A program made the translations under genes and the position numbers. The notes under the pieces were generated by a model. The model searched no databases. It saw only the letters and a list, made by a program, of their open reading frames with translations, and had not been told where the DNA came from. A stretch of DNA of 64,000 nt from Asterias rubens (lineage: Eukaryota): positions 15,562,001 through 15,626,000 of the forward strand of contig NC_047064.1 in assembly GCF_902459465.1 (NCBI RefSeq). Direction: 5' to 3'. How positions within the stretch are numbered: the stretch's first letter is position 1; every line of letters starts with the position of its first letter. Positions 1-13,557 of the stretch are shown piece by piece.

Positions 1-306
1 TGCTAAGTGCAGATAAATCTTAAGCAGAAGCTGTTACCAACCGCGTTTTGAATTCAATACATCCGATAAAAACATGTACGGCAAATATTGGGTATTGAAA
101 CAGTTTGGAACCAGTGGTTAGTAATTTAATTTGATGTGTTTCGAATCGAAGTTAAGTTGAATTTGTTTATTTGTTTTTTTTATTATCAATTTTTTTAACC
201 TTCCAAAATAAGCAGCTGGTCAACTTGTTTAAAGTCGTTTATGAAATCTACGTTTTTCTGGGACCTTTCTTTTAATGTTTAAGAATGATTCAAGTTACGA
301 ACAGGA

Positions 307-334
307 TGGCGACTCAAGTTGAGCTGAGCACTCG
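307..334 (+). other. Possible first exon of an unresolved + strand transcript (MATQVELST, then GT donor)
   Basis: ggATGGCG start context and C|GTATGC donor. Short AG/GT-bounded segments follow (about 2401-2444, 2846-2894, 5155-5187) but do not join into a recognisable ORF. Confidence 0.25.
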
Positions 335-455
335 TATGCAATTTGTAATGAACAGGAATTTTTATAAAAAGATAATCACTTGAGGTGTGCATGGAGACGT
401 TACAGTTTTAATTTCCATGTGGGACCATCTTAGTTTTTCACTTGTCATAAAGGTA

Positions 456-636
456 AAGCCCGGTTCATACTTAGTGCGAATGCGAAGCGAATGTTGACGT
501 CACAGATTCGCTACGAATAATTCGCCGCAGTTGAACTCTGCTCTACTCACTTGCGAATATCGCTGCGAAAGGAGGGTCGTGACGTCACACTCACGTCAAA
601 TTCGTTTCGCATTCGCAGGAAGTATGAACCGGGCTT
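456..636. mobile_element. ~180 bp palindromic MITE (AAGCCCGGTTCATACTT...AAGTATGAACCGGGCTT), TA-flanked
   Basis: Long terminal inverted repeats, TA on both sides, related copies at 20508, 52280 and 52501. Confidence 0.8.
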
Positions 637-719
637 TATGTTGGTATTGGTTCACACAGGGTTTGGTGGTTGCGGTTGCCTATTTTGTTCACTCTGTTTA
701 TCTAAGTGGTGCGTACACA

Positions 720-1420
720 AACTAGTCTTGTGTTACATGAGATTAGGCATCACATCTCAAACTGATTTTCGTGAATTTGTTGCCTCAAGTGTTTCTAGTG
801 AGACTTAGCAAATCGGATGTAACGGCCAAAAGCTTTGCTGGTCGAACTGAGTACTCCATATTCAATTTAGTATTAAGACATTTTATGAGACTAGAAACAC
901 AAAGTCTAAACATTTGATTGGTAAGTTTGATTTGAAGAGTTGAGTTGTTTTACGGAGTAGTGCTTACTCAAACCAGTTATGTATAGCTCAACACTTAGCC
1001 TACTTGATCCATAGTATTTCACATTGTTGGTCGAGTAGTTTATACTCAATTCAGTCTTGTGTGAGGACTAGTCATACCAAATCCAACATCGTACACAGGT
1101 GTGGTAGCCGAGTTTGCAAATGTTGTTCTCTGTTGGACTGAGTAATGTATACTCGAATCAAGTATGGATTGATCAATACTTGGTTTACTTGGACATCAAT
1201 GTACTACAACATGGTATGAGACTATCTAGTTGTAACAAATCCTACATCATTCACATGGTGTGAATAACAGGTGTGGTTGCTGAATTTGCAAATGTCAGAC
1301 TCTGTTAAAACTAAGTAGTGCATACTCGAACCAGTAATGTATTACTCAAAGCTTTGGGTGCTCGGTCCAAAATATTGATCTTTATAACATACAAGTATTA
1401 GCTTATTAACAAATCCAACA
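720..1420. repeat. Degenerate tandem repeat (~160-180 bp unit)
   Basis: Recurring motifs acaaatcc(a/t)acatc, acaggtgtgg...tttgcaaatgt and atactcgaa(t/c)ca near 950, 1070 and 1230. Confidence 0.5.
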
Positions 1421-4125
1421 GGAGAGTCATACAACAGAGTAGAATCCTTGGCAGTAGTTCTTCCAAATGCAACCAATTTCATACCTTACCTTAGAAATAT
1501 AATACTTTCCTTTCATACTAGAAATAATAGCAATTGAAGGTTACATTACAGACAGGTGTTGATTATGGACAGTGCATTTAAAATGCATGAATAAGTGGAT
1601 TTATGATGGAGCACATACATTGTACGGGTTTCTGTGATACGCATCTTCTTTATATTATAGTTGTATAAAAGTGAAGTCTTTTACTTCTTGTAAATACATT
1701 CTGTAGGGGAGATTTTAAAAAAGAAAATTCTAAAAAAATACAGCTGTTTTGGCCATTATTATTATTCCCTTGTAAGGTTGCTTTATTTCCAAAGTGTATA
1801 TTCCAATGTTCCCTGTGGTGCAAGCTGATCAATCTATGCCTTACATGTGTCTGAGATAAACTTCCTTTTTCGCAGGAAAAAAAGTTTGTAATTTAAAAAT
1901 TCATGACAAGATAAGAAAAGAATTTTGTGAGATTTGTTTTTAAATGTAACTTCCTTTTTCGCAGGAGAAAAAGTTTGTAATTTGAAAATTCATGACAAGT
2001 TAAGAAAAGAATTTTGTAAATGTTGAAACAAATCTTGTTTACAAGTTATTTTATAATTTTTTATTACATGGTTGAAAATCTATTTCAGAATTGTTAGTCA
2101 GAAAAAAAGTTGATGTACATTGTACATGGATCATTTGGTTTCTTCAAATTTATCGTTCAACACATTATAACCCAACAGATCCATATAAAGTATGCCTGTC
2201 AGATGACATTGTGTTCTCTTTATAATTTTGATAGGGTTATTTTAAACCCCACACCAAAAATAATGTTCTCAAACGAATATTTGAACAAAATCTAACAAAC
2301 CATTCATAATGTAGGCATGGATTGTTCATGTTGTTCCACAGTTGCTGTAAATTGAAGGCTTATTTTATTTTAACTAAAACTTGAAGTTGTGATTTCAGAA
2401 TTCTAGCTGAACAGATCTTGTAGTAATAAAGAAGAAGATATGGTAATCGTTTTTTTTTTTTTTTTCTTCTGTTGAGAATTTTGGGATTGCGTGCTAGAAA
2501 ATGTGCCAAAAGAATAAACTTTTTTTGTTTTCCATTAATTTTTTTTTTTCAAACTGGAAACTAAAAACTCTGACTTGCTACAGCAAGATTATGCTCTCTC
2601 TGTTTTTGCATCATGCAGGGCAAATCGACTTGGCCACTATGTATGTGTGATGATCATGACACATTATACACACTTCTGGATTATTTATCTACTAAGATTC
2701 AGACCGCCCACTGTGAGTCGAGTGTGAAGCTCAGGCATGTAAATTCTGTTAAACCTCTGCGCTTATTTAGAAGGAATAAACAATTTTCGGCCTAAGATTT
2801 AGGGGTCCAGTAGCGGACTCTGGAAAGCTGTATATACTAACACAGGACTTGCCTACTGTAGACTTATGAAATTGTTGTGAACCGGGACACCCTAGTACTG
2901 CATGCTTGTTTTCAAAAAGCCATTGTCTATGATGAGGATGGTGCCGTTACAATTTTATCTCATTTGATACATGAAAATCATATCTGATGAAAATCATATC
3001 TATTATTTTTAAACTTTGGACAATGGTTCATTACCTATCTGAATGCAAAGACAACGTATACTCATGTTGACCTAAATCTACTGTTTCTCCAATTAATTGT
3101 GATGTTATTTGAAAGATTGGTTAGATAATCAGTGCTCCTGGGTTAGGCTGATCCAATTACAAATTATTTTTACGGAACAGAAATTTACAGATTCTTAATA
3201 AGGTGCCCTTTGCCCAAGGAGAATATGCACGGTGCCCTTGCCCTTTCAGAAACAACACATACAGGCTTGCTAGTCAAACCATGGTTTAAACAATGTGGCG
3301 TTCGGCTAGAGTTAACTAGATTTACTATGGTCAAGTCTAGTTATAAACTCTAGTCACCAATTCTAACTTGCTGTAAAACGTCTTGGCATTTTTATATCTC
3401 TTATCGAATGATAAATGTTTTGACTCAATACTCGTATAAAAAAAGGTTACCATGGAACCATCATCATGTTAGCTTTCAGAAAGTCTGCATAATGAGAAAT
3501 GAGCGTGTATTTGATAATAACCAGGACTCTATTCAGGTCAAAATAGGGGAGTTGTTTTTCCAATCCTTTCTTTCATATCAGGCTTTGTTTCCTAATTGCT
3601 GATAGAACTCAAGCAGAAGTGAGAATTTTAACAAGTGCCGCGGCCAAGATCTTGGAAAGTAGAGTGGGCAACCAATTGGATGCAAAAGACGGGGAAAAAC
3701 AGGTGTCAAAAAGGAAACTACACTGGCGTCCCTCTATTTAGCTGAACACTATGGCTTATGCCGTCATCTTAAAAAATCACTACAGTCTACTCTCATTATA
3801 ACAAGATCCCTGGGACCAGCCCAATTACCGTGACAGGAACATTGTGATAAGGAACAGCAGAATAAAGAAACAGAAATGAGATTCAAGACTCTCTATATAA
3901 GCAGAACCTTAGTATAGCAATTTGCTCAACGAGGTTTGATTGTTGACTAGAGGTATAAAGCTGTGCTTGATGTACTTATGGCATGCAGTACTTGCTTTGT
4001 GATCCAAATTGAAAAGCTGGTCACACACACCAAAGCATATTAAATTGCACTATGTCATTTTTGAACTGTATGGCTCTGGTATTAATAGAAACTGCATACA
4101 ATTATTGAGTGAAAGAAAGGCATAC

Positions 4126-4239
4126 AGGCCGAGTCACACTGCAGCGATAACGAGAATGATCGTGACACAAAGAGAACGCATTGTATTGGTCTCTTTGCGT
4201 CGTTATCGTTGTCGTTATCGCTGCGGTGGGACCGGGCCT
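4126..4239. mobile_element. Short palindromic MITE remnant
   Basis: aggccgagtcacactgcagcgataacga vs tcgttatcgctgcggtgggaccgggcct are imperfect inverted repeats. Confidence 0.6.
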
Positions 4240-4756
4240 TTACGGTTAATAATACATAATCCAGCATAAGGTTTCTCCAGAGAGCATTGAACAAACCAAT
4301 TAATGAGAAAGGCCTCTCTAATTAAAAAACTGTACTTCTTGAAGGTTTTCCTGTTTATATATTAATTATGTCTCAAAACTACATAAAATCTCTGCACACA
4401 GAATGTTTTGACGTGTCCTTGTGCTGAACAAAATTATGTTAACATGCAGTTATTTGTTACATCGGTTTTACTCAAATAAAGTGTGGAACAAATTTGGTTT
4501 TCAATTTATTTGAAGGATACGATATAGCACTGAGAATCTCAGAAAACAATTCATCAGTGGTGAAGGTAGGCTACAGCTAAAGTCAGTTATTTGAGAAGAC
4601 GGGCAGAGTTTGCAAAAATGACATGGACCGATATGTTTCAATGTGAAACTTGACTGTACCAATCCTCAAGAGAAATACATACACCTGAAATAGTGTTCAA
4701 GTCAGGGAAAAAAATACCTTACAAAAGTTGTTATTACAATTGCTGCAATCAATTTT

Positions 4757-4815
4757 GCACCTGGAACACCCAGCAGGGTGGATATGTGCGCATTTCAAGT
4801 CTTTATTATTATTAA
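4757..4815 (+). mobile_element. Isolated 3' tail of the L2-type LINE found at 60913-61538
   Basis: gaacacccagcagggtggatatgtgcgcatt(t/a)caagtctt plus (tta)n, nearly identical to 61481-61538. Confidence 0.7.
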
Positions 4816-6531
4816 TTTAAATAAGCCAGATATTATTATGCACAAATCCCTGACAAAGCGTAAACTGCTTTTGCTCTTTTCACTTGAAGAGGGGCTCGAA
4901 GGTCAAATGACATTTTGTTGATCCACTCGTTTTTCAATAGAGCTTAAATGAGAGTATTTATTAGGGGAAAAACTCTTTAAATATGGCCTCATATGATATA
5001 ATAAATTTTCAGGATTGGAAATGGCTTACTCTACCGAAAACTAGATTTGGGCTTCCCGTACAGGTACTTGACCTCAATTCGTGCTTTCATATCATTGTGC
5101 TTATATATATAATACAGAAGATATTGATTGGCCTTCATTCATGTTTCCCTTCAGATTATGGCGTTGTCAAAGCATTCAGCTATTCAAGTATGTAAACCCA
5201 TCAGTGCTGTCGTGGTTACTCATCATTTTTGGGGGTTTATTTCAAATTAGGACTGGCATGAGATTGAGTTTTTGAGTATTCACTAATTTCCTGGTGATGT
5301 TTTGTGCTTTGTTGTTTGTGTAAGCATTGGTCTTGAAAGGACTATGAGTCAGGTGAAGCTTGGTCTCGTGGCAAAGCGTGTTCCTTGAATCCAATGCCTA
5401 GTTTTCGTTGTACAAAAAAGAAGCCAGACTACTCGTCCTTCCAGCCTCGGTTTGGTTATATTGATTTCATTGGGAGATAATCAATATGGCTGCAACATAA
5501 TAAAAGTTTGTTGACACTCAACGGTTAAAAGACCTGTCAATTCAGCTCCCTTTTCGTGAATATAAATTAAGAAGTTAATGTACCATTGTCAGAAATAGGG
5601 AAGTGGAAGGAGGTTGCAACGACATAAAAGTCTTGTCTACGATAAGTCTATTGTTAAGTAAAATCCATTCTAAAACAATTTATTTGTCATTTTGGAGTAG
5701 GTGTTTTAGTCGAGAACTCCCCACTGTGGTCTTGGTCTCCCCTTCGAACTACAAAATGTCATGGTCTCGGAGGGCTGGTCTCGGTCGAACTTGTCTAAGT
5801 CTCGGTCTCGATGGGGAGGTCTTGGGTGCGGTGGGGAGACCTACAACACTGAGGCCTCCCCCTCAAAGTGGATTACTTAAAATTAATGTTTAAAAAAAGA
5901 ACTGGCAATTCATAAAAAGGGTATTTATAGAGCACACATGAAAAAGCAGTGGGGACTAATTGCCAAATAATGTTTTTTTTTATTTATTTATTTTTTTTTA
6001 TCATGAATTAGAGATTTGTTTATTAGGTGGAAGTGTATTACCAGTGTGGCATGTGTTTTAACAATCTTTTTAAAAGTGGTTGTATTTTTTAACTTTAGTG
6101 TTTTAATTAAACTCTGTAACTACAGAAGTGTTTTTAATTGACAACCTCGATGTTATTAAGAGTTTACACCTTGTAACATATTATTGTAAATTACCTTAAA
6201 CAAAAATTGGATGTCACACACTGTATAGTTTAACTGTCAACTTAACTTGGGTTCGGGACTCTAGTGAAAAGGTTTTGCAGCTGAAAGATCCATTCACACC
6301 AACAGAACACTTCATGCAATGCTTAATAATGGTGACCGAAATAATTTGCTGTGCAAGTTTTTAAAAAATTTTATTGGGGGGGGGGTCTCTTATTCATTGA
6401 TCTACAGGGACCATTCTGATACTTGGAAAAATAGTCTGCCCCTTTATTTTAGCTACTGGTTTTGTCATAATGGTGTCCAGGGAACAAGACGTGTATATAT
6501 GGCTGTAGCACCTTCCTAGCAAAGCCATTCA

Positions 6532-6897
6532 TTAAAGGCAGTGGACACTATTGGAAATTACTCAAAATATTTATTAGCATAAAACCTTACTTGGTAATGA
6601 GTGTAATGGGGAGAGGTTGATAGCAAAAATACATTGTGAGTAACGGCTCCATCTGAAGTAATGTAGTTTTTGAGAAAGAAGTAATTTTCCACAAATTTGA
6701 TTTCGAGACCTCAGATTTAGAATGTGAGGTCTCGAAATCAAGCATCTGAAAGCACACAACTTCCTGTGACAAGGGTGTTTTTTTCTTTCATAGTTATCTC
6801 GCAACTTTGACAACCAATCGAGCTCAAACTTCACAGGTTTGTTAATTTATGCATATGTTGATATACACCAAGTGAGAAGACTGGTCTTTGACAATTT
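6532..6897. mobile_element. Kolobok-like MITE family K1 copy (right end truncated)
   Basis: TTAA|AGGCAGTGGACACTATTGG terminus; internal sequence shared with many copies in the window. Confidence 0.8.
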
Positions 6898-8443
6898 TCT
6901 GAATCTTTGATAGTGTGTGATTGAATGTTGAAGTCTTGGTTCTACTCGTATAATGCAAGATGCAAGAGCATCAGATACTGTGAGGTACAAACCCCAGTTA
7001 AGTTGACAGTGACGTGTTTACCAGTATTTTGGAAATGGATTGACAGTATTTTTGCTTAGTAGAAAGTAAAAAGTTATATTCAGGGATTTGTCGTGTGACT
7101 TTGTCTTTCCTGTTTGCGTGAATCGAGTTGGGTTACTCCTTAAGATACCCTCTTTATGGTGACTATAGTTTTCATCAAATTGGAGCTATAAATGTTCACA
7201 GATTTTGTTACTGTTTTTTTCGAAGAGCCACAGAACCAAATGTCAAAAGGCTCAATTATGATTTACATTTTACACCGTGCTTAGCTTTACTGCAAACCTG
7301 CAACACTTAAGTCAAGGTTTGCAGTTGGAGATATCTAAAGTGATTCTTTACAATTATTTTGTAAAACTGCAACCTCTCTATTGACTAACTAGTTTTTAAA
7401 TAATATTGGCTTATTGTTATTTGTAAATCATTCAATGATAACCTAGAGATGACCTACTTATACATCAATCGAAATTATGTGTTTGCACAAATGAAAGATA
7501 CGTGTATGTCACATAATGTGATGTGGTCACCTGCACACTGACATGTGGTTCTTCAAAACAAAAACCAATATAATCAATTTGACCTACATTTCTGCTGTTT
7601 TACGCATCCTTGGGGTGTGTTAATTGCTCCTCCTGAAAACACAAAATGCAATTATTGAGATATATTAATCAATAGTTTGTCACTTTGGGATACGTGCCTC
7701 TTGTCAAAATAGTGAGTAATGACACCAAGCTTATAAAGTGTAAAGATGGTTATAATTGGGAACTTCCCTTGAAATAATTTCCTTGAAATTGTATAGTGTT
7801 CGAGTAAAAAAGGGAAAAAAACAGTTAAGGGACTGACGTTTCGACCCTAGCAGTCTTTCTTGAGGGCTGTTGGAGAAAAAGGTACAATTAATTTTTGATT
7901 CAGTCCAAAATCCATTGTTGTGCAACAATGTTTGAGTTGTTCACTTTTTTGTGTGTGTGTGACTAGTGCGTGTGAATCCTTAGCCATGACACTTAACCAT
8001 TGCTTCGTCCTTTGGATGGGACTTAAAGCCGTTTCTGAAAGTTTGTATATACTTTGAGTACCTTGTTTGGTAGATAAGTGCGCTTTCTTTGAAATATAGT
8101 GACTGACAGCTTAAGCTTCAACAGGTTTTATTTTGGGTCATATCAAGTGCAAATTCTGGTCTTTGACAACATTTGAATGATTTATTGAACAAAATTCAAT
8201 AAACCTAATTGAAAATACACAATTGTAATAGAAAATACATGGTGGTACATGTAATCCTCTCATCAGCAACAATGCAAGCCAGGTACAAAGCAATTAGCCA
8301 CAAATTATTTGAGGTTATTTCCATATTATTTTTTGCCCATATATCCTTTAGATAGCCCATGTAAAATTCACATAGCTCTTTGTTGTATACCTTCCATTTG
8401 TGGACATTCATCAAAACTAAAAAAAACACTAGTTGGACGTGTA

Positions 8444-8830
8444 CAAGTCCACATAGTGTTTCAAGTCCACATAGTGTTTCAAGTCCACATAGTGTTTCAA
8501 GTCTACATAGTGTTTCAAATCCACATAGTGTTTCAAGTCCACACCGTGTTTCAAGCCCACACAGTGTTTCAAGTCCACGTAGTGTTTCAAGTCCACATAG
8601 TGTTTCAAGTCCAAATAGTGTTTCAAGTCCAAATAGTGTTTCAAATCCACATAGTGTTTCAAATCCACATAGTGTTTAAAATCCACAGTGTTTCAAGTCC
8701 ACATAGTGTTTCAAGTCCATAATAGTGTTTCAATCCACATAGTGTTTTAAGTCCACACAGTGTTTCACGTTCACAGTGTTTCAAGTCCACGTAGTGTTTC
8801 AAGTCCACATAGTGTTTCTTTCAAGTCCCA
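8444..8830. repeat. 18-bp minisatellite (CAAGTCCACATAGTGTTT), about 21 copies
   Basis: Directly visible tandem array; explains the repetitive ORF-track entries HIVFQV / HSVSSP / DLKHYV. Confidence 0.95.
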
Positions 8831-10460
8831 TAATGTGGACTTCTTTTGTTCTCAATCCCACATTTTACAGGTATGTAAAGCTTAAAAGACAAAGCTCTTG
8901 TGCATTTCATCTTTTATCAAACCATTCAGATTTCTCCCATGAACAAGCTGGGATCGCAGGTAAACAGTACCAAGTATACAGTGCCTACATCCGACTCGTT
9001 CATTTTGGTTGAAAATGAATGCTCCCATGAATCAGCATAATTCAGTTTCACTAATTTAGCATTCATTGGTAAAAGAAGTCAAGATTAATTTCATTAGGCT
9101 GCAAGACTTGTTATTAAATTTCATAAAAGCTAGCAACAATAGTTGGTCGAGCTTTTATTTTCATCAAGCGTAAAATTTTACTTCAGATTGGTCAAAATTT
9201 AATCATGAATGCCTGTAAATGAAATAGAATGAACGGAGGTGATCTGAATGAAAAAAATGAAATCAAGTGTGCATGAAAACGAAAGTGTGTCAATGAAGTT
9301 AAATGAGTTTTGCTGAAATTGGCCAGGAAAACCTATTATACAGGATTGGGAAGAATAAAAACACAATTATTAACAGAATCACAAACTAACCAACATTTAT
9401 TTGAAACAAAATCTTTTGAAATTAAATAAACAATGCAGACAAATCAGTAAAAAAAAACCTAGTTAAATACATGTTTTAAGAGAAAAATAAGGTTAAGGTT
9501 AAGGGATTGATTGGTAAATACTAAACAAAAAGCAAAATGCGTTGATAAAAAACAATCAACCCTATACCTTTAAACAAAAAAAAGAGTAAAGTACAATGAC
9601 ATATTGTTTGCAGCATTGTAGAAAGATTGGACAAGTTTGGGGTTTCTCATAGGTGCATTCAACTCTGGTAAACAAAGCAACTGTTTGCCAGCGTGACTCT
9701 GCTTCAAACACAAAAGCATTGCTATTTTGTGTGATAAGCAAAAGCGTACATGAATTATTCCTGCTGTGACGATAGGAAACTTGCATGAAATACTTGTGGC
9801 CATTGCTTGGAGGGAGACCAGCCTTAATAAGTAGAGGTTATTAAGCAATATGCAGCCTATTTTTTTGGCAAGCAACGCGTAAGTGAATTTTTCATGATTT
9901 TTGAAAAAATATTTTTTGTGGGTAAAGCCCAACCTTGACATGGCAGTAACGGTCAATCATGCGGTGTTAAATAATTTCTGCTCTCAAATAATTTATTTGC
10001 ATAACAACAGGTTTTTGTCTCCTTGGCAACAATTATTTCTTTCATTTCAACCACAGGACAATAATGCACATAATTATATTATTATTTATTTTATTGACCT
10101 CAAGCAATAATATAACAATTTTCTCATACTAAATAATTTGTACAATATTTTCCCTGAACCAGCATTACGGACTACCCATTTGCAACCTGCCCATTGTTAA
10201 TAAAGCTGTAATTTCTTCAAGGCTTTGAGAACCGACTTCTTTATGAACAAAAGGCTTTTAAAGTGGGTCCCCAAGGTTAAATTCAGTTTTGTGATTTACT
10301 CATTTTTCCAGAAACCTGTAAAAATTACAATTCTCTCGACCTTGGATCTCCTCTTTTACTGATGAACAACGTGAGGTTTACACGCATTCAGTTACAGTAA
10401 TTCAATTTGGATGCTGTACGTCAATGCATATATTAACCTACTTTCAATTTTACATAATTT

Positions 10461-11093
10461 GGGGTTGGACAAAGACTAATTGACTAGAGCAGGACTTGAA
10501 CCAGAGACCTCCTGCTATTGCTCTACCAACTGCGATGTCTATACTTGATATTGGTTGTCTCCCTAGTGTGTCAATATCTTTGTTCAGGGGTGCCAGTCAG
10601 AAGCAAATAATCCTGTAACTGCTGCTAGGGATCACACCTAGCCCTGGTGGTCTTACACTTTTGTATTGTACTCCAATGACGTCCTGGATATCAGGGTACA
10701 TTTCTGGGGCGGAACATTTTCAAAGCTTCATAACTCAAATCTTACCTGCAAGAAACCACTAATTTCAACAGATTCACATTCCATGGCAACATATATTTTC
10801 TGTGGTGGCTTTTGATCATCATATATTCTTCACGCCCCAGAAACGGGACTTAATGGTTAGGACTCTGTATCTGTGTACCGAGGAAGAGTCCTACATAGGG
10901 CTAGGATCACACCCTAGTTCATGGTACAACCTGGAAAGCAGCAGTAGAGGGATCATCTTAAGGGAAAGATGTTTGACAAATAAGGGCAACTGTCAACATT
11001 GGGGCTAGATAGCTCAGTTGGTAGAGCACTGGCACGTTAATCCAGCAGTCACAGGTTCAAATCCCACTCTAGTCAATTGTTCTTTGTTCAACC
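10461..11093. mobile_element. Two inverted copies of a tRNA-derived SINE head
   Basis: tRNA-like A/B boxes at 10991-11075 (tagctcagttggtagagc; ggttcaaatcc) and a reverse-complement copy at about 10461-10540. Confidence 0.6.
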
Positions 11094-11111
11094 CTACATG
11101 GTGTACACTTA

Positions 11112-11339
11112 GGGTGCAATCGATTAGCTTCCCTGGGTCGTCCCCGCGGTGCTCACTCGGGTGAGCCCCTAACAAGAGCTAATCGAACGATCACTCACCC
11201 TCTCATGGTGTCGTCATGCACCTCGGCCCAGCCCCAAGTGACCCACTCCACAAGCAGGGCACCAGGTGAGCCCATCAGAGCTATGCGAACGTACCGGGGC
11301 AGACCGGGGTCGACCAAGGGAAGCTAAGTGAACACACCC
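11112..11339. mobile_element. PIF/Harbinger-like MITE, 228 bp, TTA target-site duplication
   Basis: TIRs GGGTG...ttagcttccct and agggaagctaa...CACCC; TTA at 11109-11111 and 11340-11342. Confidence 0.8.
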
Positions 11340-11461
11340 TTAGTTTCCCTTGTGGTATATTACTTAATACTTTCACATTTGCAAGAATTTTTACTGAACA
11401 CAAGTTTTAAGAAAATATTTAAATCAAATGTTGTCCTTCCTTTTTTACATTACACGAATTG

Positions 11462-11528
11462 CCAGATTATTTATCAAGGATACATTGCAGGGCTTTCCCC
11501 TGTTTCCACATAGCCCATCATTCGCTGG
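11462..11528 (-). ncRNA. SECIS element (type II) of selenoprotein gene B
   Basis: Minus strand: ccag cga A UGAU gggcuauguggAAA caggg gaaag cccug caauguauccu UGAU aaauaau cugg. It has AUGA/UGA core, ~11-bp helix II, AAA bulge, 5-bp helix III and ccag/cugg helix I. Confidence 0.85.
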
Positions 11529-12002
11529 TTTATTGGTGTCACGTAAAAAAATGCAACAACTAATTAAAACAGAGAGTACTCAAATATTGCGTAGTGCTAC
11601 GCTTCAGCGGTGTTGCCATGAACTGTCCCTTGGTGCTAAAACATAATTGCCTAATAGTGTTAATGATGGACATTTAGGGGCAAAATAGTGCATTTTGTAA
11701 TAATAGCAAGATAGCTGTATGTACATATGTATGGTACTGATACAATAATCCGTTGTGACTTCATACCACTGGTGTTATTCCCCAAACACCATTTCAATGT
11801 AGGTTTTTTTTTTTACAATATTTTTTTTTTTTAATGTCATATATCCACAGAACTTGGGGAAAATTCTAATTACATAGTTCTTGCACACATTGTTGTGAGG
11901 GTAAACCAAATAAAATTCTTTATCCCCGATGCAAATTTAACATGTACATCCAACTTTGCGGTACCTGCTGATAAAATATTGGATTCCAACTGCCTCTATA
12001 TG

Positions 12003-12185
12003 CTCTGGGCAATCTCGGTAGTCTAGTTGGTAAGACACTGCTCTAGAATTGCAAAGGTTGTGGGTTCAAATCCCATCCAAGTAATATGCCCGACAGTGGT
12101 ATTTGGGAAAGTACCGAGTATACAATTGTTGTGAGCACACAGCGTTGTGAGAGTAAAACCGAATAATAATGTTTTATCCCTGATC
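12003..12185 (+). mobile_element. tRNA-derived SINE
   Basis: ggtagtctagttggtaag...gtgggttcaaatccca head; related copies near 48455 and 55680. Confidence 0.7.
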
Positions 12186-13324
12186 CCCTACTGAACATTA
12201 ATCATGATTTGAGCGGTGATGTTGCAACACCTCCCAGCAGATGCACCCATTTTAAGAATTCCCTTACATTTTGTTAAATAACCACATGTATTTTTCCATC
12301 TATTCTCATCAGGCCAATTTTTAAAAGGACTGCTCTTTTTCCTTTAACAAAAATTTGACTAACAAACCAGAAAAAAAGTGGCTAGAAAATGATTCCATGT
12401 TGACAGTAGCTTCTTTGAGCCATTTTCACCTTTAAATGTGTTTAAATGAGTTTTCCTGCTTTCTCTGGAAGGGCTGATGCTGAGCTGTATCCATAATGGA
12501 AACCTTATTGAGAGGCCACTCTCCTGTGACCTTCAAGGCTAACAAATGAGGCATACTCAAACAAGACCAGTTGATTACAACTGGTCCACAGAACTCATTA
12601 TTGGCGTCAACAGATTGAAGTTGAACTTACATAAATCAAAACAGGAAAGAACATCCAAATAATAGATGGAAATTTGCATCGAGAATGAAGAATATTAATT
12701 ATAATCTAATTTCATCTAATTATTTTAAGTGCACCACATACAATTATCTCAGCACATGTTCCACAGTGACTCTAAGAAATTAATGTTACTTTTACCCATT
12801 ATGTGTTAGCACTTAATACTCAGCACTTTCCCGAGTTCTGTCAAAAACAATGACAGGCATATACTCCAAATAGTCAGCTTTCTCTTTCAAAACAAACAAC
12901 AAATTGAAGCCATGGTTAGTCAGTTCTCTGGCCAAAAATGAAATAAATAATTAACTAACATCCGGCAGAAAACTTTTCTTTCTATACTTTTCTTTCTAAA
13001 CCTGTAGTTTCTATTTGAGAATTCAGCACTTTTCCGTTTGCTATATTGGTGTATTTTTTATGAGATAAAACATTGTGGGCATGAAACAATTGGAAAAACT
13101 TCAAAATTATCAGATTGATGCTAATACCTCTTGTAGGCCTTATTGATAATCTCATCTGGGCATCTCGGGCTGGGCATCATTAGGGTTTGTAATATTATAA
13201 TAAGCTTCTTTTTTCTTCTTCCTACAACCCCTTTATGTATTTCTACCTTCAATCACTTCTCAATACGGACCTAGATAAAAACCTTGAGTTATGTAATCAC
13301 TAATAATAATATTTAGCATTGTGG

Positions 13325-13557
13325 TAGACTTGTGGACAAGTCGTTAAATGTCTGTCGTAGTGATAGCTATAGCGTTCCGACTCTATTCCAATCTCCCTGC
13401 GATATTCTCGCGAGACTGCTGGCCCCGCGAGACTACAGCTCTCACGACTACGGTCCAATTAGTAGAAGTCGGCAGCCAGCAGTTCGCAGAGCAACTGAGA
13501 ACACACAACTCGACTATCTCAAAGTGGCAGACCCTTAACGACCTGTCCACAAGTCTA
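13325..13557. mobile_element. 233-bp MITE with 9-bp TSD in the 3' UTR of selenoprotein gene B
   Basis: TIR TAGACTTGTGGAA/CAGTCGTTAA-type ends (tagacttgtggac...gtccacaagtcta); gcattgtgg duplicated at 13316-13324 and 13558-13566. Confidence 0.85.

Noticed and set aside
8309-8722. ORF-track proteins of 137, 99 and 85 aa
   Set aside because: They are translations of the 18-bp minisatellite with no splice or homology support.
10991-11075. tRNA gene
   Set aside because: The T-stem is mispaired and the anticodon loop is oversized; related degenerate copies indicate a SINE head.
9020-13165. Weaker SECIS-like folds at about 9030-9070, 10385-10437 and 13105-13165
   Set aside because: Poor helix II pairing, non-purine before UGA or wrong spacing; 11462-11528 fits far better and has a paralog.
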